Position numbers and translations under genes: made by a program. Positions 20,810-31,438 of a stretch of 64,000 nt of DNA are shown here, one piece after another. Below the pieces are notes generated by a model. That model had not been told where the DNA came from and searched no databases. It saw only the letters and a program-made list of their open reading frames with translations. The DNA comes from Phormidesmis sp. (lineage in GTDB: Bacteria; Cyanobacteriota; Cyanobacteriia; Phormidesmidales; Phormidesmidaceae), in the NCBI GenBank assembly GCA_045110585.1, contig JBGCGG010000063.1, positions 11,732-75,731 of the forward strand. Direction: 5' to 3'. Within the stretch, counting starts at the first letter, position 1. Each line of letters begins with the position of its first letter.

Positions 20810-21706
20810 ATGCAAATTCGCCGCCGCCCCCCAAACCCTGCTATCTCTGTCGCTACCCTTGAATACAAAATTAAGGCTGATGACGCGGAACCGCGCAACA
20901 TTTTAGAAAAAATTGTGTGGCACAAAGAAACTGAGGTAGATCGGATGCGGGAGAAATTACCGCTGAGAGATTTGCAGCGGCAGGTACAGGATTTGCCTGC
21001 CACCAAAGGGTTTGTGAATGCGCTACGGGCACAAGCTAAACAACAGGCTCCAGCGATTATTACAGAAGTGAAGAAAGCGTCTCCGAGTAAGGGCGTGATT
21101 AGAGAAGACTTTGATCCGGTGGCGATCGCTCAAAGCTATCAGTCCGGTGGTGCAACCTGCCTTTCTGTTCTCACCGATAGCAAATTTTTTCAAGGCAGCT
21201 TCGAGTATCTCAGCCAAATCCGTCAGGCGGTGGCGCTGCCGCTGCTGTGCAAAGAATTTATTATCTACCCCTATCAAATTTATAAAGCTCGCGCGGCTGG
21301 CGCGGATGCAGTGCTGTTAATTGCGGCGCTTTTGAGCGACAAAGATCTGACTTATTTTGTCAAAATTGCCAAGGTATTAGGATTAGATGCGCTGGTAGAA
21401 ACCCATACGGCTGAAGAGTTTGAGCGTGTGATGGCCATTGACGGGGTTGATCTCGTGGGAATCAACAACCGGAATTTAGAAGACTTTACGGTGAGCTTGG
21501 CAACTACTGAGCAGCTGACGTCCGCGTATAAAGACAACATTGCTGAGAAACAGGTGATGATTGTCAGTGAGTCTGGTTTGCATACTCCAGAAGATGTACA
21601 GACTGTTATGGCTGCAGGTGCACAAGCTATCTTAGTAGGAGAATCTCTGGTGAAACAGCAAGATCCAGGGGGTGCGATCGCCCGTCTACTGAACAGAGCT
21701 ACTTAA
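20810..21706 (+). CDS. trpC: Indole-3-glycerol phosphate synthase
   Basis: [41 protein letters not shown]. Confidence 0.97.
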   Translation: MQIRRRPPNPAISVATLEYKIKADDAEPRNILEKIVWHKETEVDRMREKLPLRDLQRQVQDLPATKGFVNALRAQAKQQAPAIITEVKKASPSKGVIREDFDPVAIAQSYQSGGATCLSVLTDSKFFQGSFEYLSQIRQAVALPLLCKEFIIYPYQIYKARAAGADAVLLIAALLSDKDLTYFVKIAKVLGLDALVETHTAEEFERVMAIDGVDLVGINNRNLEDFTVSLATTEQLTSAYKDNIAEKQVMIVSESGLHTPEDVQTVMAAGAQAILVGESLVKQQDPGGAIARLLNRAT

Positions 21707-21812
21707 GCCAGACTGCTTAACAGGACGGCCTGATAGGTAACTGCTAATAGGTAACTGTTTAATTTCAGTAGACGCAATAAAAGGCTCATAAAACCTAACT
21801 CGTCTCTTAAGC

Positions 21813-22097
21813 ATGGCTCCTGCTCGCTCGCCTGTTCCGCTACCGTCTCATATTCACTACGAACTCCTGTTGCAGCTGTTAGAGCGTCAAACGGCAGAAG
21901 GTTTCCGCCAAGAACCCTCACAAAAAGAACAGCTGCAAATTTTGATTGGCACGCTGCGTAAGGCTTTTTCACAGCAAAAACAGCTCGAAGAAAGCTGTCT
22001 GCGATCTCGAATACCCGTTGAATATCACTGGTCGCTAAATCAAGGACAAAATGAGGTTTATACTAAGAAATCTATAGTTAGTGAAACTTCGGTATGA
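21813..22097 (+). CDS. DUF5340-like small cyanobacterial protein
   Basis: [19 protein letters not shown]...[13 protein letters not shown]...EYHWS; its stop overlaps the crtI start (ATGA). Confidence 0.75.
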   Translation: MAPARSPVPLPSHIHYELLLQLLERQTAEGFRQEPSQKEQLQILIGTLRKAFSQQKQLEESCLRSRIPVEYHWSLNQGQNEVYTKKSIVSETSV

Positions 22098-23752
22098 GTC
22101 GCAAGAAAGCCATCATTATTGGTTCAGGGATCGGTGGATTGTCTTTGGGCATTCGGTTGCAAAGTTTAGGATTTGACACCACTATCTTTGAAAAATTAGA
22201 TGCGCCTGGCGGCCGAGCCTATGTTCGTAAAGTAGATGGGTTTGTTTTTGATATGGGGCCAACGGTGCTTACCGTGCCTCACTTCATTGAGGAGCTATTT
22301 GCGCTGGAAAGAGATGCGGCTGATTTAGGTAGCCCGGACTTTCCCACTGAAATTATGGATCCGGCTAACCGGGTTAAAAGCGGGGTGACCAGTGGGCCAA
22401 ACACCTCCAAATACGTCAAGATTATTCCTATCCTGCCGTTTTATCGTATCTACTTTGACGACGGCACTTACTTTGATTACGACGGCGATCCGGAGAGTAC
22501 TCGCCGTCAAATTGAAGCGATTGAACCGGATGATTTGGCCGGATACGAGAAGTTTCATGAAGCGGCAAAGGCCATCTTTGACAGAGGCTTTGTAGAGCTG
22601 GGCTATACCTACTTTGGTACGGTCATGGACATGCTCAAAGTGGCCCCAGACTTAATTAAATTGGATGCGCTGCGGCCTTTATTCTCTTTCGTCAAAGACT
22701 ATTTCAAGAGTCCTAAGCTTCAACAGGTATTTAGCTTTGAGCCTTTGCTGGTGGGCGGAAGTCCGCTGAGCGTGCCTGCTATCTACGCCATGATTCACTT
22801 CGTGGAGAAAACTTGGGGCATTCACTTTGCCATGGGCGGCACAGGTGCGTTGGTTAATGGCTTTGTGCGTAAGTTTGAAGAGCTGGGCGGCACGATTCAG
22901 TACAACAGTGAAGTTGCCAAAATTGATGTGGAAGGCTCTTTGTTTGGGAAAAAGCAGGCCAAGGGTATTGAGCTAAAGGACGGTAGCTACCATGCGGCTG
23001 ATTTAGTGGCTTCTAACGGCGACTATGCCAACACCTACATGAAGCTAATTGATTCAAAGTATCGCCTGATTAACCAAGATTTGAAGATTAAGCTGACGAA
23101 GCAATCTATGTCTGTGTTGGTGATTTACTTTGGCTTCAAAGCAGATGGTTTAGACGATTTGGATCTGCGGCATCACAACATTATTTTGGGGCCTCGCTAC
23201 GAAGAGTTGCTCAAAGAAATCTTTGATAAGAAGGTGCTCAGCCCTGACTTCTCACAGTATTTGCACATTCCTTCTCTCACCGATCCCAGCATGGCTCCGG
23301 CTGGTCATCATGCGGCCTACACGTTGGTGCCTGTGCCTAACAATGGCAGCAACATCGACTGGGATGTAGAAGGGCCTAAGCTCACCGATAAGGTGCTGAC
23401 ATTTTTGGAAGAACGTGGCTATATTCCTGGCCTGAAAGAGCGGTTGGTTTATCAGAGCCATATCACCCCTGACTACTTTGAAGGTACGCTCAACAGCTAT
23501 TTAGGAAATGCCTTTGGGGTAGAACCTGTGCTGGTTCAGAGTGCATTCTTCCGGCCGCACAACCGCAGCGAAGATATTGAAAACCTCTACTTGGTGGGGG
23601 CGAATACTCAGCCTGGGGGCGGTACGCCTTCTGTGATGATGTGCGCGAAGATGACGGCGCGTGAGGTTGCTAAGAACTTCAATATTTCATTGGATGTGGT
23701 GAATGGAAAGGGTGAGGCAGAAGCGCCTGAGCCAGAAGTTGCTGCGGTCTAA
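22094..23752 (+). CDS. crtI: Bacterial-type phytoene desaturase (CrtI family)
   Basis: [57 protein letters not shown]. Confidence 0.85.
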   Translation: MSRKKAIIIGSGIGGLSLGIRLQSLGFDTTIFEKLDAPGGRAYVRKVDGFVFDMGPTVLTVPHFIEELFALERDAADLGSPDFPTEIMDPANRVKSGVTSGPNTSKYVKIIPILPFYRIYFDDGTYFDYDGDPESTRRQIEAIEPDDLAGYEKFHEAAKAIFDRGFVELGYTYFGTVMDMLKVAPDLIKLDALRPLFSFVKDYFKSPKLQQVFSFEPLLVGGSPLSVPAIYAMIHFVEKTWGIHFAMGGTGALVNGFVRKFEELGGTIQYNSEVAKIDVEGSLFGKKQAKGIELKDGSYHAADLVASNGDYANTYMKLIDSKYRLINQDLKIKLTKQSMSVLVIYFGFKADGLDDLDLRHHNIILGPRYEELLKEIFDKKVLSPDFSQYLHIPSLTDPSMAPAGHHAAYTLVPVPNNGSNIDWDVEGPKLTDKVLTFLEERGYIPGLKERLVYQSHITPDYFEGTLNSYLGNAFGVEPVLVQSAFFRPHNRSEDIENLYLVGANTQPGGGTPSVMMCAKMTAREVAKNFNISLDVVNGKGEAEAPEPEVAAV

Positions 23753-23838
23753 TGTATAGCGATTTCATAATGTATGACGGTCTAATCACGATCTAATGTA
23801 TGACGGTTTAATGACGGTCTAATTTAGGGTTTCTAACT

Positions 23839-24618
23839 ATGCTGCCTAAAGAGGCCATGCTGAAGGGTGCGGAGAACAAGGAAGCGCTCTCGCGCATTAT
23901 TGATAAAGCTGAGCAGGCGATTCGTACCTGGGAGCCAGTGGCGACAGATTTTTTGTCGCCGCCTGAGCTATTTGAAGCGCAAGCCGCGTTTGAGCGTTTG
24001 GCCGATGTACATACGCTTGCCAGTGGTGGTTATCCCCAGGCGGAGCGCCAGCGATTATTGATTGCGCGGTCCGAAATTCCTTTAGAGGAAATGCCGGTGC
24101 CGTTAGCTGCTTTGAGCATTGCGGGCAATTTTTTGTTTGATACCGCAACCCATCGAGATTTCTTGGGATCGCTGCTGGGTACGGGATTGGTTCGCGCTAA
24201 GGTCGGTGACATTATTGTGCTGGGTGAGCGCGGGGCGCAGGCGATTGTGGTGCCTGAGCTGGTGGAGTTTTTGACGGGCGCGCTGGTGCAGGTGCGGTCG
24301 GTGGCGGTGAAAACGACCCCCATGGAGATGGGTGAGCTGCGGATCCGGGCGCCGAAGAAAAAGGAGATGACGACGGTGGAGGCTTCAATGCGCTTGGATG
24401 CGATCGCCTCTGCTGGCTTTGGGATGTCGCGTAGCAAGATGGCGGACATGATTACCAAAGGGGATGTGCGGGTGAATTGGAAGCCGGTAACCCAATCGAG
24501 TAAGACTGTGGACACGGGTGATTTAGTCGCTATCCGAGGCAAAGGGCGGCTGGAAGTTGGGGATGTGGCGATTACGAAGAAGCAGCGCTATCGGGTTCAG
24601 CTAACGCGGCTTGTATAG
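23839..24618 (+). CDS. Photosystem II S4-domain protein (Sll1252/YlmH-like)
   Basis: TDFLSPPEL, GGYPQAER, HRDFLGSLL, SMRLDAIASAGFGMSRSK, GKGRLEV. Confidence 0.9.
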   Translation: MLPKEAMLKGAENKEALSRIIDKAEQAIRTWEPVATDFLSPPELFEAQAAFERLADVHTLASGGYPQAERQRLLIARSEIPLEEMPVPLAALSIAGNFLFDTATHRDFLGSLLGTGLVRAKVGDIIVLGERGAQAIVVPELVEFLTGALVQVRSVAVKTTPMEMGELRIRAPKKKEMTTVEASMRLDAIASAGFGMSRSKMADMITKGDVRVNWKPVTQSSKTVDTGDLVAIRGKGRLEVGDVAITKKQRYRVQLTRLV

Positions 24619-24877
24619 CCTGAATTAGCCTGAAGTTTAGCTAGCGCGCGGAATCTTATCATTATTTCTTAATCTATTTCTGATGGCTGCAAGCCGTCAG
24701 AGGTGCCGGTGTGCGCAGAAATGCGGAGACTGGGATGAAGCCTGCCGTAGCATACGCAGACGTTCGAGTTCGATTTTAAGTGCGTGTATGGCGGGTAGCT
24801 CAACTTGAAATAGAGGCATTGAGCTAATGATTTTATTAATTTGACTGGGTTTTTCGTGAATTTAGATTATTTTGTTG

Positions 24878-24918
24878 ACACGTGAATATACGGGTAAAAT
24901 ATCCGTGTATTCACGTGT
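24878..24918. promoter_or_regulatory. Palindrome overlapping a TTGACA hexamer upstream of the 25038 gene; possible operator
   Basis: 11-bp perfect arms acacgtgaata / tattcacgtgt; TTGACA at 24875-24880. Confidence 0.35.
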
Positions 24919-25037
24919 ATCCATGTAGATTTTATTTAGATGCTGTATTCTCCAGGCGAATTTGCCGGGGAGTTGCAAAATTTTTCTGTAGAAAGGGGTG
25001 TTGCTGTCTGTGAGAAAAATCTACCGAGTGTTTATAA

Positions 25038-26594
25038 ATGCCCCGTTTGAGCGATCGCGCTTTTCACATTGTTAAAACTGAAATTGAGCGCCGATATACT
25101 GACCATCCAGAAGATCAAATTGAGCGTGTTATCTTACTCGCGAGACTAGAAGCCCTTCGTGAAAAGAAAGGGGTGCCCATGACGCGAGTGCAGATTTGGG
25201 AAGTTCTCAGTGACGTAGCACCTAACTTTGACCAGAATGTACTCATGGATGCGGAAAGTGTAGAAACCGATTCTCCATTTTTGGGCGTTTCAATGGGGGT
25301 CGGTGCGGTAGCTGTGCTAGTGGCGACCGCTATTGGCATGGACTCTTTGACCCCTCGGCCCTCTATTGGCCAGTCGTCGCCGGCTAATCTCGCTCAGTCG
25401 GGAGATGATTCGTCGGATGTGGCGAAGCGATCAGCTAGTCAGTCTGCCAGTCAGTCGGCCAATCAAAAGGCCGCTACTGAGCAAGGGCTGGCACAAGGTG
25501 CCAAGCGAGCTGCCGGTACGACGCTTAATGTGACGCAAGCAGGGGGGGATGGCGAAGGCCGCGTAGCGAATACAGGCGCTTCTGAGCCAGCTGACGAAGA
25601 CCCCGAGCCGCTGTTTAGTAAAAATCGCCTACTCAAAAATCGTCTGCCGAAGTTTTCTCGCCACAGTGAAGGAGATGCTCGCAGAAACGCTTTTCACACT
25701 GCTAAGGATTTAGGCTGGCAGGCGGCACTAAAAAGCCAAGATCCGCCTCACAGCGTTCAGCACTGGAGAGAAACAGCAGCGCTTTGGGAAGATGCGCTGG
25801 CTGAACTTGACGAAGTGTCTCCCTTGTCGCGTCACTATATTCAAGCGCAGCTCAAGAAGTCGGTTTATCAGGACAACCTTAAAGAAATTAGAACTCGCCA
25901 AATCGCGGCAGAGCAGCTTGCCCAACAAGCCACCCGTGCTGCGGTTCAGGTAGCCAGTTCAGGGGCCAGTTCAGGAGTCAGCTCAGGGGCCAGCTCAGGG
26001 GCCAGCTCAGCGCTGGCGACGCCTACTGCGAAAGCGGCTCCTGAGTTTTCCGATCAGATTAACCGTTCTGCTGCTGGTCGTTCTGCGGGTAATAGCTCTT
26101 CTGCTCAGACCGTTGCGATGCAAGCCCAGGTGTCAGCGGCACCTGCTGCGGAAGATCCTATTCAGGTGGCGAAACGCTATGGCTGGCAGGCGGCTGTTGC
26201 GAGTCAGAACGCGCCCCATCCGCCAGAGAAATGGGCTGATATTTCGCGCTTGTGGCAAACCGCCCTTTCCAGTTTGAACAAGGTGGCCCCTGAAGATCCT
26301 CGCTACGCAGAAGCGCAGCGGGTAAAGGCTTCGTATCAGAAGAATTTGGCTGCAATCCGCGATCGCTATCAGCGTGAGCAAACCGCCACCCAGCGTCTTC
26401 AGTCTTTGCAGGCAAGCTTGAGCGAGCTCAACAACTCACTGACGCCCGATGCGGTGAAATATGGGCGGATGGAAGCCATCTTAGAAAAGCTAAGGACTAT
26501 TCCCTCAGGGACTGAAGCCCATGTGCAGGCTCAGCAGCTAATAGCCGAGACTACCACCGCGCTAAATGCGATCGCGATTACGCCTGAGCTCTGA
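25038..26594 (+). CDS. Hypothetical single-TM protein with two copies of a helical (TPR-like) domain
   Basis: TM FLGVSMGVGAVAVLVATAIG; repeats GWQAALKSQDPPH..W...A.LWEDAL and GWQAAVASQNAPH..W..I.RLWQTAL. Confidence 0.7.
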   Translation: MPRLSDRAFHIVKTEIERRYTDHPEDQIERVILLARLEALREKKGVPMTRVQIWEVLSDVAPNFDQNVLMDAESVETDSPFLGVSMGVGAVAVLVATAIGMDSLTPRPSIGQSSPANLAQSGDDSSDVAKRSASQSASQSANQKAATEQGLAQGAKRAAGTTLNVTQAGGDGEGRVANTGASEPADEDPEPLFSKNRLLKNRLPKFSRHSEGDARRNAFHTAKDLGWQAALKSQDPPHSVQHWRETAALWEDALAELDEVSPLSRHYIQAQLKKSVYQDNLKEIRTRQIAAEQLAQQATRAAVQVASSGASSGVSSGASSGASSALATPTAKAAPEFSDQINRSAAGRSAGNSSSAQTVAMQAQVSAAPAAEDPIQVAKRYGWQAAVASQNAPHPPEKWADISRLWQTALSSLNKVAPEDPRYAEAQRVKASYQKNLAAIRDRYQREQTATQRLQSLQASLSELNNSLTPDAVKYGRMEAILEKLRTIPSGTEAHVQAQQLIAETTTALNAIAITPEL

Positions 26595-26964
26595 GTGCGA
26601 TCGCGATTACGCCTGAGCGCTATTGAACCTAGTTGCATAGTGAATTTGGTTGCATAATGACTCTGGTGCTAGTAAATTTAACCGCTAGTGAATCCGACCG
26701 CTGGTGAATTTAACCGTTAGTGAATTCGACTGCTTGATAAGTGCTTAAGGTTGTGGGCTGAATGCATCACCGTTATAAGGAATTTCATTCTCTACAAAAT
26801 ATTTTTATTTGATTAAACTTGATGATTTCGTGCGCTCTCTTACTAAAGCGGCACAGCGAGGCGGACGAGGTATGTCAATATAAAAGCGGTTTGCCAATTC
26901 AGATAGATCAGACGGTAGTGCTGATCGCTTCACTAGAGAAAATTGGCAGGAAATGGAGTAATCA

Positions 26965-29037
26965 ATGGAATCCGCAGAGGCCATTTATCAATACGCTTGG
27001 CTCATACCCGTTCTGCCCCTCCTCGGCGCAGCGATTGTGGGCACAGGTCTTATCACTTATAACGAGGCGACGAACAAGCTTAGAAAGCTCGTCTCTACCT
27101 TCATCGTCAGCCTAATTGGCACGGCGATGGTTTTATCTATCCTGATTTTAGTTAGTCAGTTTCAGGGCCACGCGCCCTACACCTACTTGATCGAATGGGC
27201 CTCCGCCGGAGACTTTCAGATCGATATGGGCTTTACCATCGATCACATCACGTCGCTGATGTTGGTCATTGTCACCACTGTGGCCTTGTTGGTGATGATC
27301 TACACCGATGGCTACATGGCGCATGACCCTAGCTATGTTCGCTTTTATGCGTACCTGAGCTTATTTAGTTCATCCATGCTGGGTTTGGTGGTTAGCCCTA
27401 ACCTGTTGCAGGTGTACGTGTTCTGGGAGCTGGTAGGCATGTGTTCTTACCTGCTTATTGGCTACTGGTACGACCGCGATGGGGCTGCTGATGCCTGCCA
27501 GAAAGCTTTTGTGACCAACCGTGTGGGCGATTTTGGCCTATTGCTTGGGATGCTGGGCTTGTTTTGGGCCACCGGCACATTTGAATTTGATTTGATGGGC
27601 GAGCGGTTAACTGATTTGGTCTCTATGGGCACCATTTCAGGCGCACTGGCTGCGCTGTTTGCCATTTTGGTCTTTATGGGGCCGATGGCAAAATCTGCGC
27701 AGTTCCCGCTGCACGTATGGTTGCCTGATGCGATGGAAGGGCCAACCCCTATCTCGGCGCTGATTCATGCGGCAACAATGGTGGCCGCAGGCGTATTTTT
27801 GATCGCCCGGATGTACCCCGTCTTTGAAGAGATTCCGACGGTGATGACCGTGATTGCTTGGACAGGTACGATTACGGCCTTTTTAGGTGCGTCCATTGCC
27901 ATTACTCAAAACGATATTAAGAAGGGTCTTGCCTTCTCTACCATGTCTCAGCTTGGCTACATGGTCATGGCGATGGGCGTGGGGGCATACACTGCGGGCT
28001 TGTTTCACCTGATGACTCACGCTTACTTTAAGGCGATGCTGTTCTTAGGGTCCGGGTCTGTGATTCATGGCATGGAAGAAGTTGTCGGCCACGATCCTGT
28101 GCTGGCTCAAGACATGCGCTTGATGGGCGGTTTGCGGAAGTATATGCCTGTTACAGCGATTACGTTTCTCATCGGTACGCTGGCGATTTCGGGTTTGCCT
28201 CCGTTTGCAGGTTTCTGGTCTAAGGATGAGATTCTGGGGTCTGTGTTTGCGGTGAATCCGTTGATGTGGGCTATTGGCTGGCTAACGGCAGGGATAACGG
28301 CCTTCTACATGTTCCGCATGTACTTCTCCACATTTGAAGGTGAGTTTCGCGGCAATGATAAGGACTTGCGTAAGCAGGTGAAGGTTCAGTCTTTACAGCT
28401 GGCGGGTGCTTCTTTAGGCCCTGGTGCGATGAGCACTCAGGAGCTGACGGTAGAAGACGCTGGTCACGGTGACCATCACCATGCAGAAGAGCCGCATGAG
28501 TCTACCCTGACCATGATTTTGCCCTTGATGGTGCTGGCGGTGCCTTCTGTTTTAGTGGGCTTAGTGGGTACCCCGTTTGCGAACTACTTTGAGGCGTTTA
28601 TTCATCCTGCGGGTGAAGCGCTGACCGTGGCTGAAATTGCAGAAGAGGTTGACATTAGCGAATTTGTGCGGATGGCAGGCGCTTCTGTGGCTATTTCGGT
28701 GGCTGGTATTGTGCTGGCGGTGTTGATGTATCGGATGAAGAAGATTGATCCGAGTGCGATCGCTGCCAAGATTAAGCCTCTTTACAATCTCTCGCTCAAC
28801 AAGTGGTACATCGACGATATCTATCGCGAAGTGTTTATTAAAGGCACGCGTAACCTTGCTAAAGGTGTGTTGAATGTCGATGTCAAGATTGTGGACGGGA
28901 TTGTGAATCTCACAGGCTTTGTCACGCTGATCTCGGGTGAAGGGCTGAAGTACTTTGAGAATGGTCGTGCTCAGTTCTACGCGCTGATTGTGTTTGGTGC
29001 GGTGCTTGGCCTGGTGTTTCTGTCAGGTTTGACGTAG
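26965..29037 (+). CDS. ndhF1: NAD(P)H-quinone oxidoreductase subunit 5 (NdhF1)
   Basis: YAWLIPVLPL, YTDGYMAHD, FWELVGMCSYLLIG, KSAQFPLHVWLPDAMEGPTPISALIHAATMV, ENGRAQFY. Confidence 0.96.
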   Translation: MESAEAIYQYAWLIPVLPLLGAAIVGTGLITYNEATNKLRKLVSTFIVSLIGTAMVLSILILVSQFQGHAPYTYLIEWASAGDFQIDMGFTIDHITSLMLVIVTTVALLVMIYTDGYMAHDPSYVRFYAYLSLFSSSMLGLVVSPNLLQVYVFWELVGMCSYLLIGYWYDRDGAADACQKAFVTNRVGDFGLLLGMLGLFWATGTFEFDLMGERLTDLVSMGTISGALAALFAILVFMGPMAKSAQFPLHVWLPDAMEGPTPISALIHAATMVAAGVFLIARMYPVFEEIPTVMTVIAWTGTITAFLGASIAITQNDIKKGLAFSTMSQLGYMVMAMGVGAYTAGLFHLMTHAYFKAMLFLGSGSVIHGMEEVVGHDPVLAQDMRLMGGLRKYMPVTAITFLIGTLAISGLPPFAGFWSKDEILGSVFAVNPLMWAIGWLTAGITAFYMFRMYFSTFEGEFRGNDKDLRKQVKVQSLQLAGASLGPGAMSTQELTVEDAGHGDHHHAEEPHESTLTMILPLMVLAVPSVLVGLVGTPFANYFEAFIHPAGEALTVAEIAEEVDISEFVRMAGASVAISVAGIVLAVLMYRMKKIDPSAIAAKIKPLYNLSLNKWYIDDIYREVFIKGTRNLAKGVLNVDVKIVDGIVNLTGFVTLISGEGLKYFENGRAQFYALIVFGAVLGLVFLSGLT

Positions 29038-29088
29038 CGCATATTTGTTTTAGGAATTAAGTTCAGTCTTAATTCCTCCATTCACTCA

Positions 29089-29123
29089 AAAGGCGCTCTG
29101 ACTGTGAAAGTCAGAGCGCCTTT
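29089..29123. terminator. Probable bidirectional terminator between ndhF1 and the convergent HxlR gene
   Basis: 15-bp perfect stem aaaggcgctctgact / agtcagagcgccttt, 5-nt loop, T-rich tail. Confidence 0.8.
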
Positions 29124-29205
29124 GCTTTGTTTTTGGTTTTATCTTTGGTTTTATCTTTGGTTTTATCGTCGTGATCTTTGTGTAGTCACATCCTCTTTTT
29201 CTTCT

Positions 29206-29538
29206 TCACGTTTCTATATTCATTCTTTCAATGTGTTTTTCTCCCCAATTGCAGAGCGCCTGAAAGACGGGAACCAGCGTCTGACCGTATTCTGTGAAAC
29301 GGTATTCAATTTTGAGAGGTTTGTCAGAGAGTACTTCTCTGGCCACGATATCGTTTTCTTCTAAGTCTCGAAGCTTTTGGATGAGGACTTTCTCGCTCAC
29401 TTTTGGAATGAGCTGTCTGAGTTCACCGTAGCGTTTGGGGCCTAATCTTAAATGCCACAGAATTCTGACTGTCCATTTTCCCCCTAAAACACCGAGCGTT
29501 GCTCTGACGAGGGGAACGCCATCATCTTTTTCTGGCAT
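29206..29538 (-). CDS. HxlR family winged-helix transcriptional regulator
   Basis: LGGKWTVRILWHL...KRYGEL...SEKVLIQKLRDLE...EYRFTEYG. Confidence 0.9.
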   Translation of the reverse strand: MPEKDDGVPLVRATLGVLGGKWTVRILWHLRLGPKRYGELRQLIPKVSEKVLIQKLRDLEENDIVAREVLSDKPLKIEYRFTEYGQTLVPVFQALCNWGEKHIERMNIET

Positions 29539-29603
29539 GGTTAGAAGGACTCCTTTTTCCGCGTAAGTTGGCAGCTTAATGGCTATAAGTGAGAATAGCT
29601 GAG

Positions 29604-29705
29604 CCTTAAGCTGGAGGCTACCTCGAATTGGAGACGGCCTTAACTCGGGGACGACCTTAACTCGGGGACGACCTTAATTCGGGAACGACCTTAACTCGGG
29701 GACGG
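29604..29705. repeat. 17-bp tandem repeat, 6 units (4 conserved, 2 degenerate)
   Basis: Consensus ccttaactcggggacga at 29638, 29655, 29672, 29689; degenerate units at 29604 and 29621; no spacers. Confidence 0.9.
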
Positions 29706-29737
29706 TCTCAGCCGGTTTGCCTAAGCTTTGGCGACTT

Positions 29738-30478
29738 CTATGTGTTTGACACCATTTTGGCGATCGCCTTTTCAAGTGCTTTGGGGACCTTTCTCAACTG
29801 TTCCACCATTTCCTTTGCTTGCTCGCCAGGGTAAATATCTTCTTCTCCCTCAATGACACCCTGCAATGCGTCTTGTACCACTACTGCTGGCGATACCTTT
29901 GGCTCGGGCCAATGTGCGCTGCCTTTTGTATCTACGGTTCCTGGCATTACACCAACGACCAACGTTCCTTGCTGGGCGAGTTCTGTTCTAATCCCCTGCG
30001 TCATAGAAATGGCAGCGGCTTTGGATGCGCTGTATGAGGCATTCATCGGAAAATTTATTTTGCCTAAAATGCTCAGCATGTTGATAATTGCGCCGCCACC
30101 ATTTTGCTTGAGTATGGGGGCAAAGGCCCGGCACATAGACAATGTGCCGAGATAGTTAACCTCTATTTCAGTTCTGGCACCAGCGATATCTTCAGCGGCG
30201 ATGAATGTCCTCATCAGACCGATGCCAGCATTGTTGATCAGGAGCGTCACATCTTCGCATTGTTGCGCTGCGGATGCGACAGACTCGGGATTAGTAATGT
30301 CTAGTTCAATTGGAATAATCTTTTCTGGATCGGCATTGACTAAATCTGTAAGAGAGTCTCGTTTTCTGGCAGCGGCGTAGATTTTGCCAGCGTTCGCGCT
30401 GCTAAGCGCTTTGACGTAATACTTCCCAATGTCACCATTTGCGCCGGTAACAAGTACGGTTGCACCTTCAATTTGCAC
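29738..30478 (-). CDS. Short-chain dehydrogenase/reductase (SDR)
   Basis: TGANGDIG, NNAG, YSASK catalytic motif; GTG start with an AGGAG SD. Confidence 0.92.
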   Translation of the reverse strand: MQIEGATVLVTGANGDIGKYYVKALSSANAGKIYAAARKRDSLTDLVNADPEKIIPIELDITNPESVASAAQQCEDVTLLINNAGIGLMRTFIAAEDIAGARTEIEVNYLGTLSMCRAFAPILKQNGGGAIINMLSILGKINFPMNASYSASKAAAISMTQGIRTELAQQGTLVVGVMPGTVDTKGSAHWPEPKVSPAVVVQDALQGVIEGEEDIYPGEQAKEMVEQLRKVPKALEKAIAKMVSNT

Positions 30479-31008
30479 AGGTTTCTCCTTGCTGCGTGAG
30501 GCTGTTTTAGTTTGACTACTTCGATCTGTTTATTTCGGTCTGTCGGTATGGCCTGTCGGTATGGCCTGTCGGTATGATAGAGCGCTATCTCTGTCTCTGG
30601 AAGTACTTACAAAAAGGTAAGTATCTCAAGGCTGAGCTAGGGTTGGAGACGGCGCGTAGGTTTTTAAAAAAGGTGATTGTTGTGGAGAGACAAGTTTGTT
30701 GTTTAGCGAAGCAATCGCGCAGAAAATCGCTCAAGCCAAATCAGTGGTCAGGCATGTCATGGGTAGCTGCGTAGCAAAGTGACTTTTACGGCCTTATTGA
30801 TCTCATTAGAAACGCATATTACGCGTTTATCTGGCTTGGTATATCATTGTTTCAATGCCGAAATAAATAAAGATAGACTTTTATCTATCTTTTGGATGAG
30901 ATGGTTGCTTCGGCTTTGGGTGCTCATTGATGAGCATGGGTTTATGAACATGGGCTGCAAGATTAGCCGTGTTCAGTTAAGAACGAACATGATGGATGGT
31001 TTTTATTG

Positions 31009-31218
31009 ATGCTGTGGATATTGTCTTTGAGTGCTGCGTTGACGGGTTTGGTGATGGCCATGCGTCTCCAGTCTGAGGATGAAATCTATGCGATCGCTGC
31101 TTATGTTGCGGCTTGTCTGATGGCTTTATATGGTGTGGCGATCGCGCCACCTTTCATCAGAGTCATGCTGCCAATGGTGGCCTTAGCCTGGTTACATGCG
31201 AGTAAGCGCCGCATCTAA
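31009..31218 (+). CDS. Small hydrophobic membrane protein
   Basis: Hydrophobic segments around EDEI and AP motifs; resembles recurrent small cyanobacterial proteins. Confidence 0.6.
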   Translation: MLWILSLSAALTGLVMAMRLQSEDEIYAIAAYVAACLMALYGVAIAPPFIRVMLPMVALAWLHASKRRI

Positions 31219-31438
31219 GTTTGTTCATTTGTGGCTGTTTTTCCGCAGTTGTTCTGGAGCAGGCTCATCTTTTTTAACTGATTCGTTCTGCTTTTTATTC
31301 ATCCGGCCTTTTATCCATCCGGCCTTTTATCCGTTTTTATGGATTAAACCCGACTCAGATTTTGATTAGTTGAGTAGTTTAGAAAGGATCTTCAAAGTGT
31401 TGTTTAACCTCGAACTGAGTTCGCCACTGGCGAACCTG

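Noticed and set aside
29604-29705. CRISPR array
   Set aside because: 17-bp units are directly adjacent with no spacers, and there are no cas genes; it is a simple tandem repeat. The same holds for the other short arrays.
30574-31009. ORFs 30574-30774 and 30779-31009
   Set aside because: No recognisable motifs; likely promoter DNA between divergent genes.
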